A stretch of DNA of 62,969 nucleotides, counting the filler. It is 9 parts of 9 records of this genome, joined end to end, with 100 filler letters (N's around TTAATTAATTAA, not from the genome) between each part and the next. Parts side by side here need not be neighbours in the genome. Positions count along the whole stretch, not along the records: positions 27,447 to 32,803 come from SRR31147125_26161; positions 32,904 to 39,026 come from SRR31147125_26174; positions 39,127 to 44,427 come from SRR31147125_26181; 6 more parts are not named here. One strand, given 5' to 3'. Each line of letters begins with the position of its first letter. Within the stretch, counting starts at the first letter, position 1. Both the position numbers and the translations under genes were made by a program. Shown here one piece after another: positions 30,980 through 41,360 of the stretch. The notes below the pieces were generated by a model. It did not search any database, was not told the origin of the DNA, and saw only the letters and a program-made list of their open reading frames with translations.

Positions 30980-31795
30980 TCAGGGGGCCACCGTCCTGGT
31001 GACGATGGTGCGATCAAAATAGTTGACGGACATGCCGCCATCGACAACGATCGTCTGGCAGTTGATTCCGGACGAGCGCGGAGACAGCAGAAACAGAGCC
31101 GTATCTGCAGCCTCCCGGGTGGCAAGGGGCCTCTTGCGCAACATCGCCTGTTCGGCGAACAGGTAACTGTCTATGTAACCCGGTATTCCGGCAGATGCAG
31201 ATGTTTTCAGCAGTGACGGGGCAACGGCGTTGAAGCGAACTTCGGAGAACTCGGAGAAACTCTTAGCCAGAAAGCAGAGTGACGAGTCGAGCGCTGCCTT
31301 CACCGGTGCCATATACCCGTAGTTGGATGCGGCCATTTTCGTCGTCGAAATCGATATGGTCACCACCGATGCGGCCTCATCCAGCAACGCTTTGAAGTGA
31401 TTGGCAATTGCGATGAGAGAGAAACAGGAGATATCGACCGCCTGCAGAAAATCTTTTTTCAGCGTTTCGTGAAACGACTTGAACCCGTCGCTGTAATTCG
31501 CAAACGCGATCGAGTGGACGAGCCCGTCGATGGCCTCGACCCGGTCTCTGCCCATCCGGGTCTCAACCTCCTGCGCGACCCGGGCGATCTGCTCCTCGTC
31601 CTCGACATCACAGATAAACAGCGGGCAGTCGGGAAACAGTTTCGCCACGCTTTGCCTGCGCTGTTCGGAACGAACAACCAGGTAGACCACCGCCCCGAGA
31701 TCGATCAGGGTCGATGCGATATGTGCGGCAATTGATTTTTTATTGGCTACGCCGAAAACCACATAGCATTTTCCGGAAATAGTGAGATAATCCAT
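30980..31795 (-). CDS. fabI: enoyl-ACP reductase (FabI-like SDR)
   Basis: [35 protein letters not shown]. Confidence 0.85.
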   Translation of the reverse strand: MDYLTISGKCYVVFGVANKKSIAAHIASTLIDLGAVVYLVVRSEQRRQSVAKLFPDCPLFICDVEDEEQIARVAQEVETRMGRDRVEAIDGLVHSIAFANYSDGFKSFHETLKKDFLQAVDISCFSLIAIANHFKALLDEAASVVTISISTTKMAASNYGYMAPVKAALDSSLCFLAKSFSEFSEVRFNAVAPSLLKTSASAGIPGYIDSYLFAEQAMLRKRPLATREAADTALFLLSPRSSGINCQTIVVDGGMSVNYFDRTIVTRTVAP

Positions 31796-31978
31796 AGCTG
31801 TCCGCCAATGTAAGATATCCGGGTACCTTGGAAATGCACCAAGGTAGCCGTCTGCTGCAACAGAACATAAAGCGGGTAGTGTACAATACCGGCTGCGCGG
31901 ACACAAGGGACAAGGAAAAGCGGCACCGCCGAAAATGAACCAGGGACCAGCTGCCCCGTAGAGAACGGAAAAGAAAAG

Positions 31979-32704
31979 ATGCGCCCACGAAACGATATCA
32001 AACTGATAATTCTCGATACGATCTTCGAGCTATTCGAAGACTGGGCGAAACCCTTTGGTTTTTCCTGTCACCGGGGATGCTCATCGTGCTGCACCCAGAA
32101 TGTCACCGTTACGGCCCTAGAAACGAAACTGGTGCTCGACTCCGTGGTTGCGGCAAAGCGGCAGGAGTGGCTGGGGACGAAACTCGCAGCAGACCAGCCC
32201 ACCCGTGGACCCGCACTGACCACGAACCAGTTCGCACAATTGTGTCTCAACGGCGAGGATCCCCCGGATGTCGACTCCAACTTCGACACCGTCTGCCCGT
32301 TCCTTGAGAACGGGCTGTGCTTGATCTACTCCGTACGCCCGTTTTCCTGCCGGTGCTTCGCGTCAACCGAAGTCTGCCGCCGCGGGAGCAGCGCTGTCCT
32401 CCCCCCGGTCTACCTGTCTGCGGCAACCGCTGTCTCGCAGCTCATCGAGCACCTCGACCAGGGCAGCCCCTGGGGGAATTTTCTGCACGTGCTGTTCGTG
32501 CTCGGCTGCACCACTGGGGTCATCGACGAAACCGTTTCCACGAGCACGCTCACGACCGCCCGTAGTCACTGCACGACCTCACGACCGCTGCCGGGTTTTT
32601 TGCTCGACGAAACGGAAGCCGAACAGATCACCCCCCTGCTGGAATCGATCTTTTCCTCGACGGTTGGCGGCCGCTCCATTGAGGACATCCTCAACAATCG
32701 CTGA
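31979..32704 (+). CDS. YkgJ family cysteine cluster protein
   Basis: CHRGCSSCC and [18 protein letters not shown]. Confidence 0.85.
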   Translation: MRPRNDIKLIILDTIFELFEDWAKPFGFSCHRGCSSCCTQNVTVTALETKLVLDSVVAAKRQEWLGTKLAADQPTRGPALTTNQFAQLCLNGEDPPDVDSNFDTVCPFLENGLCLIYSVRPFSCRCFASTEVCRRGSSAVLPPVYLSAATAVSQLIEHLDQGSPWGNFLHVLFVLGCTTGVIDETVSTSTLTTARSHCTTSRPLPGFLLDETEAEQITPLLESIFSSTVGGRSIEDILNNR

Positions 32705-32731
32705 AAGGCGTTGCTCACCGCAACCCGACAC

Positions 32732-32803
32732 TCACCGGAACAGCTCCAGATACTCCCCGTACCCCTCCGTCTGCAGGTCATCAACGGCGACAAAGCGAAG
32801 CGC
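32732..32803 (-). CDS. msrB: C-terminal tail of peptide-methionine (R)-S-oxide reductase
   Basis: Translates ALRFVAVDDLQTEGYGEYLELFR*, a typical MsrB C-terminus; cut by contig edge. Confidence 0.75.
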   Translation of the reverse strand, partial: ALRFVAVDDLQTEGYGEYLELFR

Positions 32804-32903
32804 NNNNNNNNNNNNNNNNNNNNNNNNNNNNNNNNNNNNNNNNNNNNTTAATTAATTAANNNNNNNNNNNNNNNNNNNNNNNNNNNNNNNNNNNNNNNNN
32901 NNN
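32804..32903. other. artificial contig spacer
   Basis: N-run, TTAATTAATTAA, N-run. Confidence 0.99.
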
Positions 32904-33898
32904 GAGTGTTTTCCCAGTACCATGGAACTTTTGTGGAGTCCGATTGATGCGGGAGTCATGATTTCATAGGTAGCCGAGTTAGCCAGCAGACCATGCTGAT
33001 GAATTCCCGACTCATGAGCAAACGCGTTGGCTCCCACAATTGCCTTGTTGGGCTGCACCATAACACCGGTAATAGTCGATATCAGGCGGCTGGTTTTGTT
33101 TATCTGGGTTGTATCTATATTGCAGTCGATATTGTACTGGTCCCGCCTGGTATGCAGTGTCATAACCAGTTCCTCAAGCGCGGCATTTCCGGCCCGTTCT
33201 CCTATACCGTTTACGGTACATTCAAGCTGCATGGCACCCTCTTCCATGGCAGCCAGCGTATTTGCCACGGCCAGTCCGAGATCGTTGTGACAGTGCACGG
33301 AGATAATGGCTTTATCGATGTTTGGTACATTATTGCGTATTCCCCGAATTAACGCGGCATACTCACTTGGCGTTGTATAGCCGACGGTATCGGGAACGTT
33401 GATGACGGATGCTCCGGCAGCAATCGCGGCTTCAAATACTCGATAGAGAAATTCTGGTTTACTGCGGGATGCGTCTTCTGCCGAGAATTCGATATCGGGA
33501 CAGAGGTTGCGGGCATAGGCGACCATCTCTTTTGTCTGCTGCAGCACCTCTTCCGGACTTTTCTTCAATTTGTACTTCATGTGGATGTCGGAAGTGGCAA
33601 TAAAGGTATGTATTCTGGGTTTTGCCGCTTTCTTCAGGGCTGCCCAGGATGCATCGATATCCTTTTTCAGCGCGCGTGACAGGCTTGCCACCGTGCACTC
33701 TTTTACTACTTCCGAAACCGCTTCGATGGCTGCCGAATCGCCGGGTGAAGCAATCGCGAATCCCGCCTCCATTACATCAACCTTCAGACTTTCCAGCTGG
33801 CGCGCCAGCCGTACTTTTTCCTCAAGGTTCATGCTGTAACCAGGAGCCTGTTCACCATCACGTAATGTTGTATCAAAAATCTGTACTCTATTTGTCAT
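32904..33898 (-). CDS. leuA: 2-isopropylmalate synthase (3'-truncated)
   Basis: [37 protein letters not shown]. Confidence 0.96.
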
Positions 33899-34101
33899 TC
33901 TTATTCCTTCCTTATTATTGTTCGGCAGTCAAACACTTAAGGAAATACGTTCTCGCGGTCTCATCCGTACCGTTTATCGGCATCCATCCGTTTTCCTACC
34001 GTATCAAAATGCATCTACCGGCGGCATTCACAGGGTATGAATAGATCATCCACCAAGATATCACCTTGATGGACAATCACACCGGCAACTGTTCCTAATT
34101 G

Positions 34102-35094
34102 TTAGTCTTTTTTTAGCCAACTCATTAGGGAACGTAGCTTTGATCCGGTCTCCGTCATCTGGTGCTCAGCTTCCATGCGTTTTCTGGCATTGAAGAAAGG
34201 TCTGTTTACTCTGTTTTCGAGCATCCAGTTACGAGCGAATGTTCCATCCTGGATCTCGGTCAGTACCTGTTTCATCTCTTTACGAGTCTCTTTGGTGATG
34301 ATGCGTTTTCCGGTCATGTAGTCGCCGTATTCCGCTGTGTCGCTGATAGAGTAGCGCATGAATTCAAGTCCACCCTGGTTAATCAGATCGACAATCAGTT
34401 TTACTTCATGACAGCATTCGAAATATGCCATTTCAGGGCTGTATCCGGCTTCAACCAATGTATCGAATCCGGCTTTAATCAGTTCGGAGAGTCCGCCGCA
34501 CAGTACGGCCTGTTCGCCGAACAGGTCAGTTTCGGTCTCTTCTTTGAAGGTTGTTTCGAAGATACCTGCTTTAGCACCGCCGATACCGGCTGCGTAGGCA
34601 AGCGCGATCTGTTCTGAGTCGCCTGTGATATCCTGATGTACCGCGATAAGACAGGGAACTCCCTTGCCTTCCTGATACTGGCTTCTTACGGTATCCGGTC
34701 CTTTGGGCGCGATCATGATAACATTCACATCCGCAGGAGGTACAATCTGACCGAAGTGGATGTTGAATCCATGTGAGAATGCAAGATAGTTACCGGGCTG
34801 CAGATTGGGTGCAATACTCTCTTTATAGAGGTCGCCCTGTTTTTCGTCGTTTACCAGAATCATAACAACGTCGGCTGCGGCTGTGGCTTCTGCTGCAACG
34901 GCTACTTTCAACCCGTCTTCCTCGGCTTTCGCCCAGGATTTTGATCCTTTGTAGAGTCCTACGATGACATCGACACCTGATTCGTGCAGATTTAGCGCGT
35001 GAGCGTGTCCCTGACTTCCATAACCGATTACCGCTACTTTCTTACCATCCAACAGACTTAAATTTGTGTCCTGTTCATAAAAAATCTTACTCAT
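34102..35094 (-). CDS. ilvC: ketol-acid reductoisomerase
   Basis: [44 protein letters not shown]. Confidence 0.97.
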   Translation of the reverse strand: MSKIFYEQDTNLSLLDGKKVAVIGYGSQGHAHALNLHESGVDVIVGLYKGSKSWAKAEEDGLKVAVAAEATAAADVVMILVNDEKQGDLYKESIAPNLQPGNYLAFSHGFNIHFGQIVPPADVNVIMIAPKGPDTVRSQYQEGKGVPCLIAVHQDITGDSEQIALAYAAGIGGAKAGIFETTFKEETETDLFGEQAVLCGGLSELIKAGFDTLVEAGYSPEMAYFECCHEVKLIVDLINQGGLEFMRYSISDTAEYGDYMTGKRIITKETRKEMKQVLTEIQDGTFARNWMLENRVNRPFFNARKRMEAEHQMTETGSKLRSLMSWLKKD

Positions 35095-35178
35095 GTTTTT
35101 GCTCCTTCTTTTCAGCTCCGGCCTTGCCTTTACGGCGACCGCTTAATGTTATATATGATTTGTTAATGCAAACTCCTC

Positions 35179-35688
35179 TCAGGAATTTGCCATCTCATCC
35201 TTAAGAGTCTCTTTACCCCGGCCGATTGCCGTCAGTCCGGTTCTTACAATCTCGGTTATGCCATACGGTTCCAACAGCTGGATAAAGGCCGAAGTCTTGT
35301 CCTGATCGCCTGTAATCTGCATGGTGATGGCTTCCGGCGCGACATCTACGATTTTTGCTTTGAAAATGTCGGCTATTTCAACAACACCCGCGCGTTTTTT
35401 CTGCGGGGCCTGTACTTTCAGCAGCAGTAGTTCCCGAAACACTCCTTCTGATCTTCTTAATACGGAGATATGACGGACATCGATGAGTTTCGCCAGCTGT
35501 TTTGTGATCTGTTCCAATACGGCATGATCACCTTTTACTACAATTGTCATCCTGGACAGGTCTGGATTTTCGGTTTCTCCGACTGATAGGGAGTCGATAT
35601 TGTATCCTCGCCGACTGAACAGTCCGGCTACTCTACTCAAAACTCCTGAATGGTTGTTGACTAGTACCGATAAAATATAACGTTCCAT
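35179..35688 (-). CDS. ilvN: acetolactate synthase small (regulatory) subunit
   Basis: LVNNHSGVLSRVAGLFSRRGYNIDSL, EQITKQL.KL, EIVRTG; AAAGGAG RBS. Confidence 0.95.
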   Translation of the reverse strand: MERYILSVLVNNHSGVLSRVAGLFSRRGYNIDSLSVGETENPDLSRMTIVVKGDHAVLEQITKQLAKLIDVRHISVLRRSEGVFRELLLLKVQAPQKKRAGVVEIADIFKAKIVDVAPEAITMQITGDQDKTSAFIQLLEPYGITEIVRTGLTAIGRGKETLKDEMANS

Positions 35689-35819
35689 GTACATCTCCTT
35701 TACATCAATTCGGGTATATGGGTTTGACCATACAGCCCGCTAACTTTCTCTTTCGACTGGGGAATTCCATTATGAATAGACTTCTCCCATAGCCGAATAC
35801 TTTTAGGCCAATGGTAAAC

Positions 35820-36020
35820 TTATAGAATAATAATGACTGGAATAATGACAGATAGTGATAGAAGAATAATCAGGGGAAGGTTTAGGACAATGACAGATAG
35901 GAGGGAGGTGAAAAAAGAGAAAAATTGTTGTGCTGAAGAACAGCTTGTTCCCGTCGACCGCTTGGCTGAATCCATCGCCGTTGGATGGCAGAAGCGGTAC
36001 ATGTCCATTTGCATTGTCAT
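35820..36020 (-). CDS. ilv-leu operon leader peptide (ribosome-mediated attenuator)
   Basis: AAGGAAAG RBS; no I/L/V in first 38 aa then 21 of last 28 aa are I/L/V; Ile all ATT, Val all GTC, 5 of 9 Leu are CTA; directly upstream of ilvN. Confidence 0.8.
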   Translation of the reverse strand: MTMQMDMYRFCHPTAMDSAKRSTGTSCSSAQQFFSFFTSLLSVIVLNLPLIILLSLSVIIPVIIIL

Positions 36021-36112
36021 GTCGCTTTCCTTAAAAATGTATTTGCAGCATTACGCTGCCGGTTTTCGTTGATACTTGTCCTGCATATCAATTTTAACCG
36101 ATATTGTTACCC

Positions 36113-36141
36113 TTTATACTCCCGTGCCTGAAATAAGTCAA
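36113..36141 (-). promoter_or_regulatory. sigma70-type promoter of leader-ilvN-ilvC-leuA
   Basis: TTGACT-17 nt-TATAAA on minus strand. Confidence 0.65.
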
Positions 36142-36304
36142 CCCTTCACATTTATTTTCATATATTCTATGTATTTTTTATGTATATTTATGCAGTTTTT
36201 TGTATATATATTACATTGTGTGTTATTTATTTGTGAAATGAGTGTTTTTAGTATGAAAAATCCTGGAGTCAGCTCTTTTCAGAGATGTCTCCAATGAGCT
36301 GTCT

Positions 36305-37768
36305 CTACAACTCCTTCTCGGCAATGAGCGAATTATCCCAACCGCCCTTCACTCCGACAGCTTTAACTGTTACCGGTGTTGAAACTGAGAATGGCACAGT
36401 ATATTTCGTTTTCGTCGTACTGGTGGCAGGATCCGAATCATCGGTTGTGTAATAGATTTCTGAATCAGTTGTGCTGCAGGTGATTGTAACAGTATCCGTG
36501 CCTCCAGTCCTTGCACCGCTGCCTGATATTACAGGTGTTGCCACCATGTCGTCATATTTGAAAGAGCGCATGGGACGGACATGAAATGTGCTGGTTTTCA
36601 ATTTCCCTGATATCGAATAGGTCCCACCTCCATTCGTTTCACCATTTGAGAAATCAAAATAGTTGGCATTGTTATCATTTGAGGTGTTTTGTACTGAAGA
36701 CCAGTACTCTTCATCCTCGAAACCACCCAAAGCAGATTGGTGGAGATTATCATACATTGCTTCCAGCTGAACTAGTGACGGTAGAAACCAGTCCTTATAT
36801 CCGCCAAATTGTGTATTGTAGCATTGATAAGCAGCTATACCGTAATTACTTAATTCACTTACTATTACTTCAGTATTGGCTTCACCACTATCAATTGTAT
36901 CTGCAGTAGCGATTACAGTACTGGTATGTCCCGTTGAAGCCCAAGATGAATTTGGATCATGAGTAGAATAATTCCAGGTAACCGGAGCTGCTTCCAGATA
37001 CTTCCAATCAAAATTACCCGTTGTATCCACATAACAGATCAGACCACCACCGGGTCCGGCATCTCCCACTGAGTAGACTGGTACCGGATAATCGAGTGCC
37101 ACTTTGGAAAACTCTCTGCCGCTTGATGTATTTCCCGCATCGTCTACAGAGACTATCTTAATGGCATATTTTGTTCCGGGTATCAGTTCGGTTATCGTTG
37201 TCCCGACTGAATTCGCAGATCCTGATAATGCGGTATCGTAAGTCTGGGGACCGACCTCCACCCATTCACTGTAGGTGATAACAACGTGGGAAAAATCGGG
37301 AACATCGGGATCTTCCCAGGCAAACTTGACCGTTCCCGGCTGAGTAGTAACTACATTTATCAACTCGACATTGGGGGGATCGGTATCTGTTCCTGTGGCC
37401 CTATTCTGTGATATGCCGTCCGAAACATTACCGGTGTTATCTACAGTTTTCACAAGAACGGTGTAGGTCGTGCCGATAGCAGTTGGATGTATATATGTCC
37501 CATTTGGATCAATTGTTGTGCCAGTCAGTTGGGTACTGGGTACTCCTGCGGCATTGTAGAAAATCAATACGTGCGAGAAATCGGCATCTCCCGGATTTGT
37601 CCAGGTAATTTTTATATAGACACCACCGTCTGTAAGCATCAGACTGCTTACTTCTCCCGGTGGTGTTGTATCCGAATCGGGGCGGGGAAATAATAAATCA
37701 CAAGCGGTGAACATCATAACGAATGCTAAAACCAAACAAATCAGCCATACAATTTTATAGGATTTCAT
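36305..37768 (-). CDS. surface lipoprotein with two FN3-like domains, DUF1566-like domain and C-terminal Fn3-associated domain
   Basis: Lipobox FTAC; TWTNPGDADFSHV/WEDPDVPDFSHV repeats; YSVGDAGPGGG, YLEAAP, DWFLPS, YWSS..VRPMRSF; IYYTTD. Confidence 0.75.
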   Translation of the reverse strand: MKSYKIVWLICLVLAFVMMFTACDLLFPRPDSDTTPPGEVSSLMLTDGGVYIKITWTNPGDADFSHVLIFYNAAGVPSTQLTGTTIDPNGTYIHPTAIGTTYTVLVKTVDNTGNVSDGISQNRATGTDTDPPNVELINVVTTQPGTVKFAWEDPDVPDFSHVVITYSEWVEVGPQTYDTALSGSANSVGTTITELIPGTKYAIKIVSVDDAGNTSSGREFSKVALDYPVPVYSVGDAGPGGGLICYVDTTGNFDWKYLEAAPVTWNYSTHDPNSSWASTGHTSTVIATADTIDSGEANTEVIVSELSNYGIAAYQCYNTQFGGYKDWFLPSLVQLEAMYDNLHQSALGGFEDEEYWSSVQNTSNDNNANYFDFSNGETNGGGTYSISGKLKTSTFHVRPMRSFKYDDMVATPVISGSGARTGGTDTVTITCSTTDSEIYYTTDDSDPATSTTKTKYTVPFSVSTPVTVKAVGVKGGWDNSLIAEKEL

Positions 37769-37919
37769 AACCGAATTCCTCCAGGTTTTGTACACACCAT
37801 TCGAATTCATTATGCAGGCTCATTTACAGCGGGCACCTGTTTATTATGATAAAGCATCAAAATCACAAGTCAATAGAGAGTCTGCCCCCTGCACTGTATT
37901 CATGTAAGTTTAATAGAAA

Positions 37920-38668
37920 TTACAGCTTTTTCAGGGATTCCCTATCAATAACTCCCATACTGAATTCCGGCATGCTGAGGGTGCTGCCCATATACATATG
38001 TTCCATCCGGTATTTCATCGCACTCTCCAACTGACGATTGATCAGCACATGGTACTCTGAAGCTCCTGACTCTCGTACAACCCGCTCCATATTTCGTACA
38101 GTTATTCCCGCGCCGGGCATGATGATGATTCGATTCCCGGCTTTTTCCACTAATTGGTGTATCAACAGCAACCCCTCAACCACCGTCCTTCCTGACCGGA
38201 TGTAAGAATCCTTTCGGCTCCCAAATCAATAATATCTTCCATTGCCTTAAAAGGATCCGGGGTTACATCGAACGCCCGGTGGAACGTTACGTTCATCGGT
38301 CTTGCCAACTCAATCAGTTCGCGGCAGCGCTCAACATCAACCTCACCAAGCTCATTCAGAACACCTATGACAACACCATCTGCTCCAGCTTGTTTAACCG
38401 CTTCAATGTCATATTTCATGGCTTGGAACTCTGCATCGGAAAAGAGAAAATCACCGCCCCGAGGTCGGATGATGACATGCAGCTTGATGGAGATCGCGGC
38501 TCTGGTGGCTTTCACGATACCGATGGGAGGTGTGGTTCCGCCCTCAAACAGATTCGCGCACAGCTCTACGCGATCGGCTCCACCCTTTTGTGCCTCTATG
38601 GCGGACAAAGTGGAATCTATGCAAGTCTCGATTTTATATGCTCGTTTTCCTGAATACAGGTCACTCAT
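37920..38668 (-). CDS. cutC: copper homeostasis protein CutC (apparent frameshift near 38185)
   Basis: GADRVELC, GGTTP, IRPRGGDF, TFHRAFD, ILTSG, then IMPGAGI in the next frame. Confidence 0.9.
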
Positions 38669-38670
38669 GT

Positions 38671-39026
38671 TCAACCCCTCGCGGCCCACAAGAGACCTCT
38701 GCGCAGCATCTCCAGAGCTTCAACTTTCTGAAAAACCTCAACGGTGTGGCCCAGAGAGAGATAGTAGATTTTTCCTCTACCCCATCCCTTTGTCCAGCAG
38801 ACCGGCATCTGAACGGCTCCATTTACCGTGTACTCTCCAGGCGCGTTGGGAAAATCGGTCACCGCCAGGACATCTACCGTCGGATCCACATGCAGATAAT
38901 ACTGCTCGCTCGTCAGGGAAAAGTCATCGATCCCCTGCGTAAGCGTAGATGTGCTGTTCACTATCTTAACTGTATACTCAACAGTATCCCCGCCGGGATG
39001 AGCCACCCAGGTTCCTCCGGTGATAA
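38671..39026 (-). CDS. ThuA-like domain protein (5'-truncated)
   Basis: SEQYYLHVDP, MPVCWTK.WG.G.IYY.SLGH..RRGLLWAAR. Confidence 0.8.
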
Positions 39027-39126
39027 NNNNNNNNNNNNNNNNNNNNNNNNNNNNNNNNNNNNNNNNNNNNTTAATTAATTAANNNNNNNNNNNNNNNNNN
39101 NNNNNNNNNNNNNNNNNNNNNNNNNN
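39027..39126. other. artificial contig spacer
   Basis: N-run, TTAATTAATTAA, N-run. Confidence 0.99.
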
Positions 39127-39149
39127 TAGATGATGACATTCTATTTTAA
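39127..39149 (+). CDS. C-terminal end of a putative upstream RiPP precursor paralog
   Basis: xTA GAT GAT GAC ATT CTA TTT TAA = [V/I/L]DDDILF*, matching VDDDLLF* of the next ORF. Confidence 0.65.
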
Positions 39150-39166
39150 ACTAAAACTTTATTATT

Positions 39167-39364
39167 GTGAAAGAATTAAAAAAAAGAAAAAAGAAAACGA
39201 AAGTTTTTGAAAATCTGAATGTGAACGCTTTTCATGAAAATGGAGGGCAACACACAAATTATGGGTATTACAACAGAAGAGATAGTTCCTACGACTATGG
39301 CTATCAACAAAGCCATCGCTATCAACAATATGATGGAATAGTTGATGACGATCTTTTATTTTGA
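39167..39364 (+). CDS. putative RiPP precursor peptide (Lys-rich leader, Tyr-rich core)
   Basis: 65 aa, 8 Tyr, no Cys, ends VDDDLLF; upstream of protease and rSAM-SPASM genes. Confidence 0.7.
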   Translation: MKELKKRKKKTKVFENLNVNAFHENGGQHTNYGYYNRRDSSYDYGYQQSHRYQQYDGIVDDDLLF

Positions 39365-39498
39365 GAATTAGTTCTTTATCATTGGTTACTTTTTGTCAAG
39401 AGTAATTCGAGTCTATCATTCAAAAAATGATTCAATAAAAGTAAGTAATATTAGTAAGGTTTAAAGTACTTTCTTCTTTTATTGATATATAAAGAGAA

Positions 39499-41360
39499 AT
39501 GAAAATAGCAATAATTGATAGTGGCTTGGACAGGCACGAGAAAAGATTATCGAAAGCAAGGATCTCGGGGATTCATTTTTTCTTAGATTCACAAAACTGC
39601 CTAACATCGAATTACGAATACGAAGATAAAAATGGGCATGGAACCGCAATTGCCTCCATAATTCACAAGCATCAACCTGACGCTGAACTGTATATCATAA
39701 AAATATTTGATAACTCCCTAGTTGTTCAGGAAAAGGTATTGTTAGGAGCATTACAATGGTGTATAGATTGTCAGGTTGATATTATCAATATGAGTTTAGG
39801 CATGGTCATTCTGAACCTCCACCTGATCTATTTAAATTGTGTGAATTTGCTTATAAAAAAAATATTATCATTTGTGCAGCTGCAAATAACGAAATTAAGA
39901 TAAAATCATATCCAGCATTTTTCCCAAATGTATTTGGCATTGCATCTGGTGCTAGCATTAAAAAAAGTTCAGATTTTGGATACCTTAGTAAATCTCCGGT
40001 TGAATTTTTAGCAAAGGGTACAACTCAAAGAGTAGCCTGGATCGATAATGGTTATAAAATATTACAAGGAATGCAGTTATGCATGTGCACATTTTCTGGT
40101 ATCGTAGCTACCACCATTTCAGAAACTGATAAATACACAATAAATGATATTAAACAAAAATTAATTTATAAGAATAATAGGGAAATAAAACCAATTATAA
40201 ATATATACAACCAATTAGAATATATGGTAACTAACATTGACATTAAACAAAAAGCGATTGAGATATTTAACGGTAATAAGTCAATAAAAAAAGTAGCTCT
40301 ATTCCCTGTCTTGGAGAAAGAACTTCTGAGTCTTTACAAACTAAGAGATTATGCTAATGTGGAGATTAAACATTGTATTGATTTCCCAAAAGCAAATTTT
40401 TCTGTTTTCAATGATTGTAAAATAGAACTTGACAAATCATTGCCAAATGAAACGGTTCTGGAAGAAGTAGATACTTTGGTCGTTGGATTTTATTTAGATC
40501 AACTATTTGAAGCAAATATTATGTATGGAAATGAACTTTTAGAACTGGCAATAAAGAGAAATAGAAATATTGTTTATTTAGATAGAAGATTATTTAACAA
40601 AATTGAATCATTGAAGAAAAAGTATCATTATACGGCAACTTCTGTATGCCCATTCATGGATAAGAGAAAAGTAGAAGATTTGGATAGCTTTTATTACCTG
40701 CCTCCAATAGACAAACCCGTTTTAGGAATAATTGGAACAAGTAGTAAGCAGGGAAAATTCACGACCCAAATTATAATTAATGATATATTGAAAAAAGAAG
40801 GATATAATGTTGGCTTCATATCTACTGAACCACACGGAGAATTATTAAATGCAGATTTTGTATTTCCATATGGATATGGCTCAGGGGGTGTCGAAATTGA
40901 TCTATTGAAATGGCCAAGGAATATCAACAATATATTAAAAGGAATTCAGGAAGCAAAAAATATCCATATCATGGTTTCAGGCATCCAGGGCAGTATAATT
41001 CCACGTAACTTTAGTGAACTAGAAAATACAACTGGAGTATTTAGCTCACTGGTGTATTTTGCAAGTTTAAATCCTGATGTTTTTGTGTGTTGTATTAATC
41101 CTGAGGATAGTATTAGTGACATACTTAATGCAATTCATGTTGCGAAAACATATACAGGAGCTGAGCTTCTTTTTTGTGCTATATCTCCTTTTAAGCGGAT
41201 CGATGAAAATGGAAATGAAAGTTATACCAAATTAGATGATTTTGAGCTTACGAATATAAGGAATAATATTGTTCACAAGCTTAATATTCCCGTTTTAAAC
41301 ATAATGGATAGAGCAAATGACAAAACAGTCCTTCAATTAATAGAAGATTCATTATCCTAA
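39499..41360 (+). CDS. S8 subtilisin-like peptidase fused to DUF1611/DgcN-like domain (apparent frameshifts)
   Basis: IIDSG, HGT, INMSLG, AAANN, SYPA; catalytic-Ser motif CSYACAHF in alternative frame at 40072-40095; C-terminal IGTSSKQGKFT, STEP.G, GIQGSI. Confidence 0.8.

Noticed and set aside
34690-34707. IlvC motif APKGPDTVR instead of APKGPGHTVR
   Set aside because: A 3-nt loss in an otherwise invariant motif in error-prone sequence is more likely an artefact than a new variant
35833-36072. 79-aa + strand ORF
   Set aside because: Antisense to the leader peptide; the minus-strand ORF has the promoter, RBS and diagnostic codon pattern
35695-36110. T-box riboswitch upstream of ilvN
   Set aside because: No T-box (GGTGGxACCGCG-like) sequence or U-tailed terminator was seen on the mRNA strand
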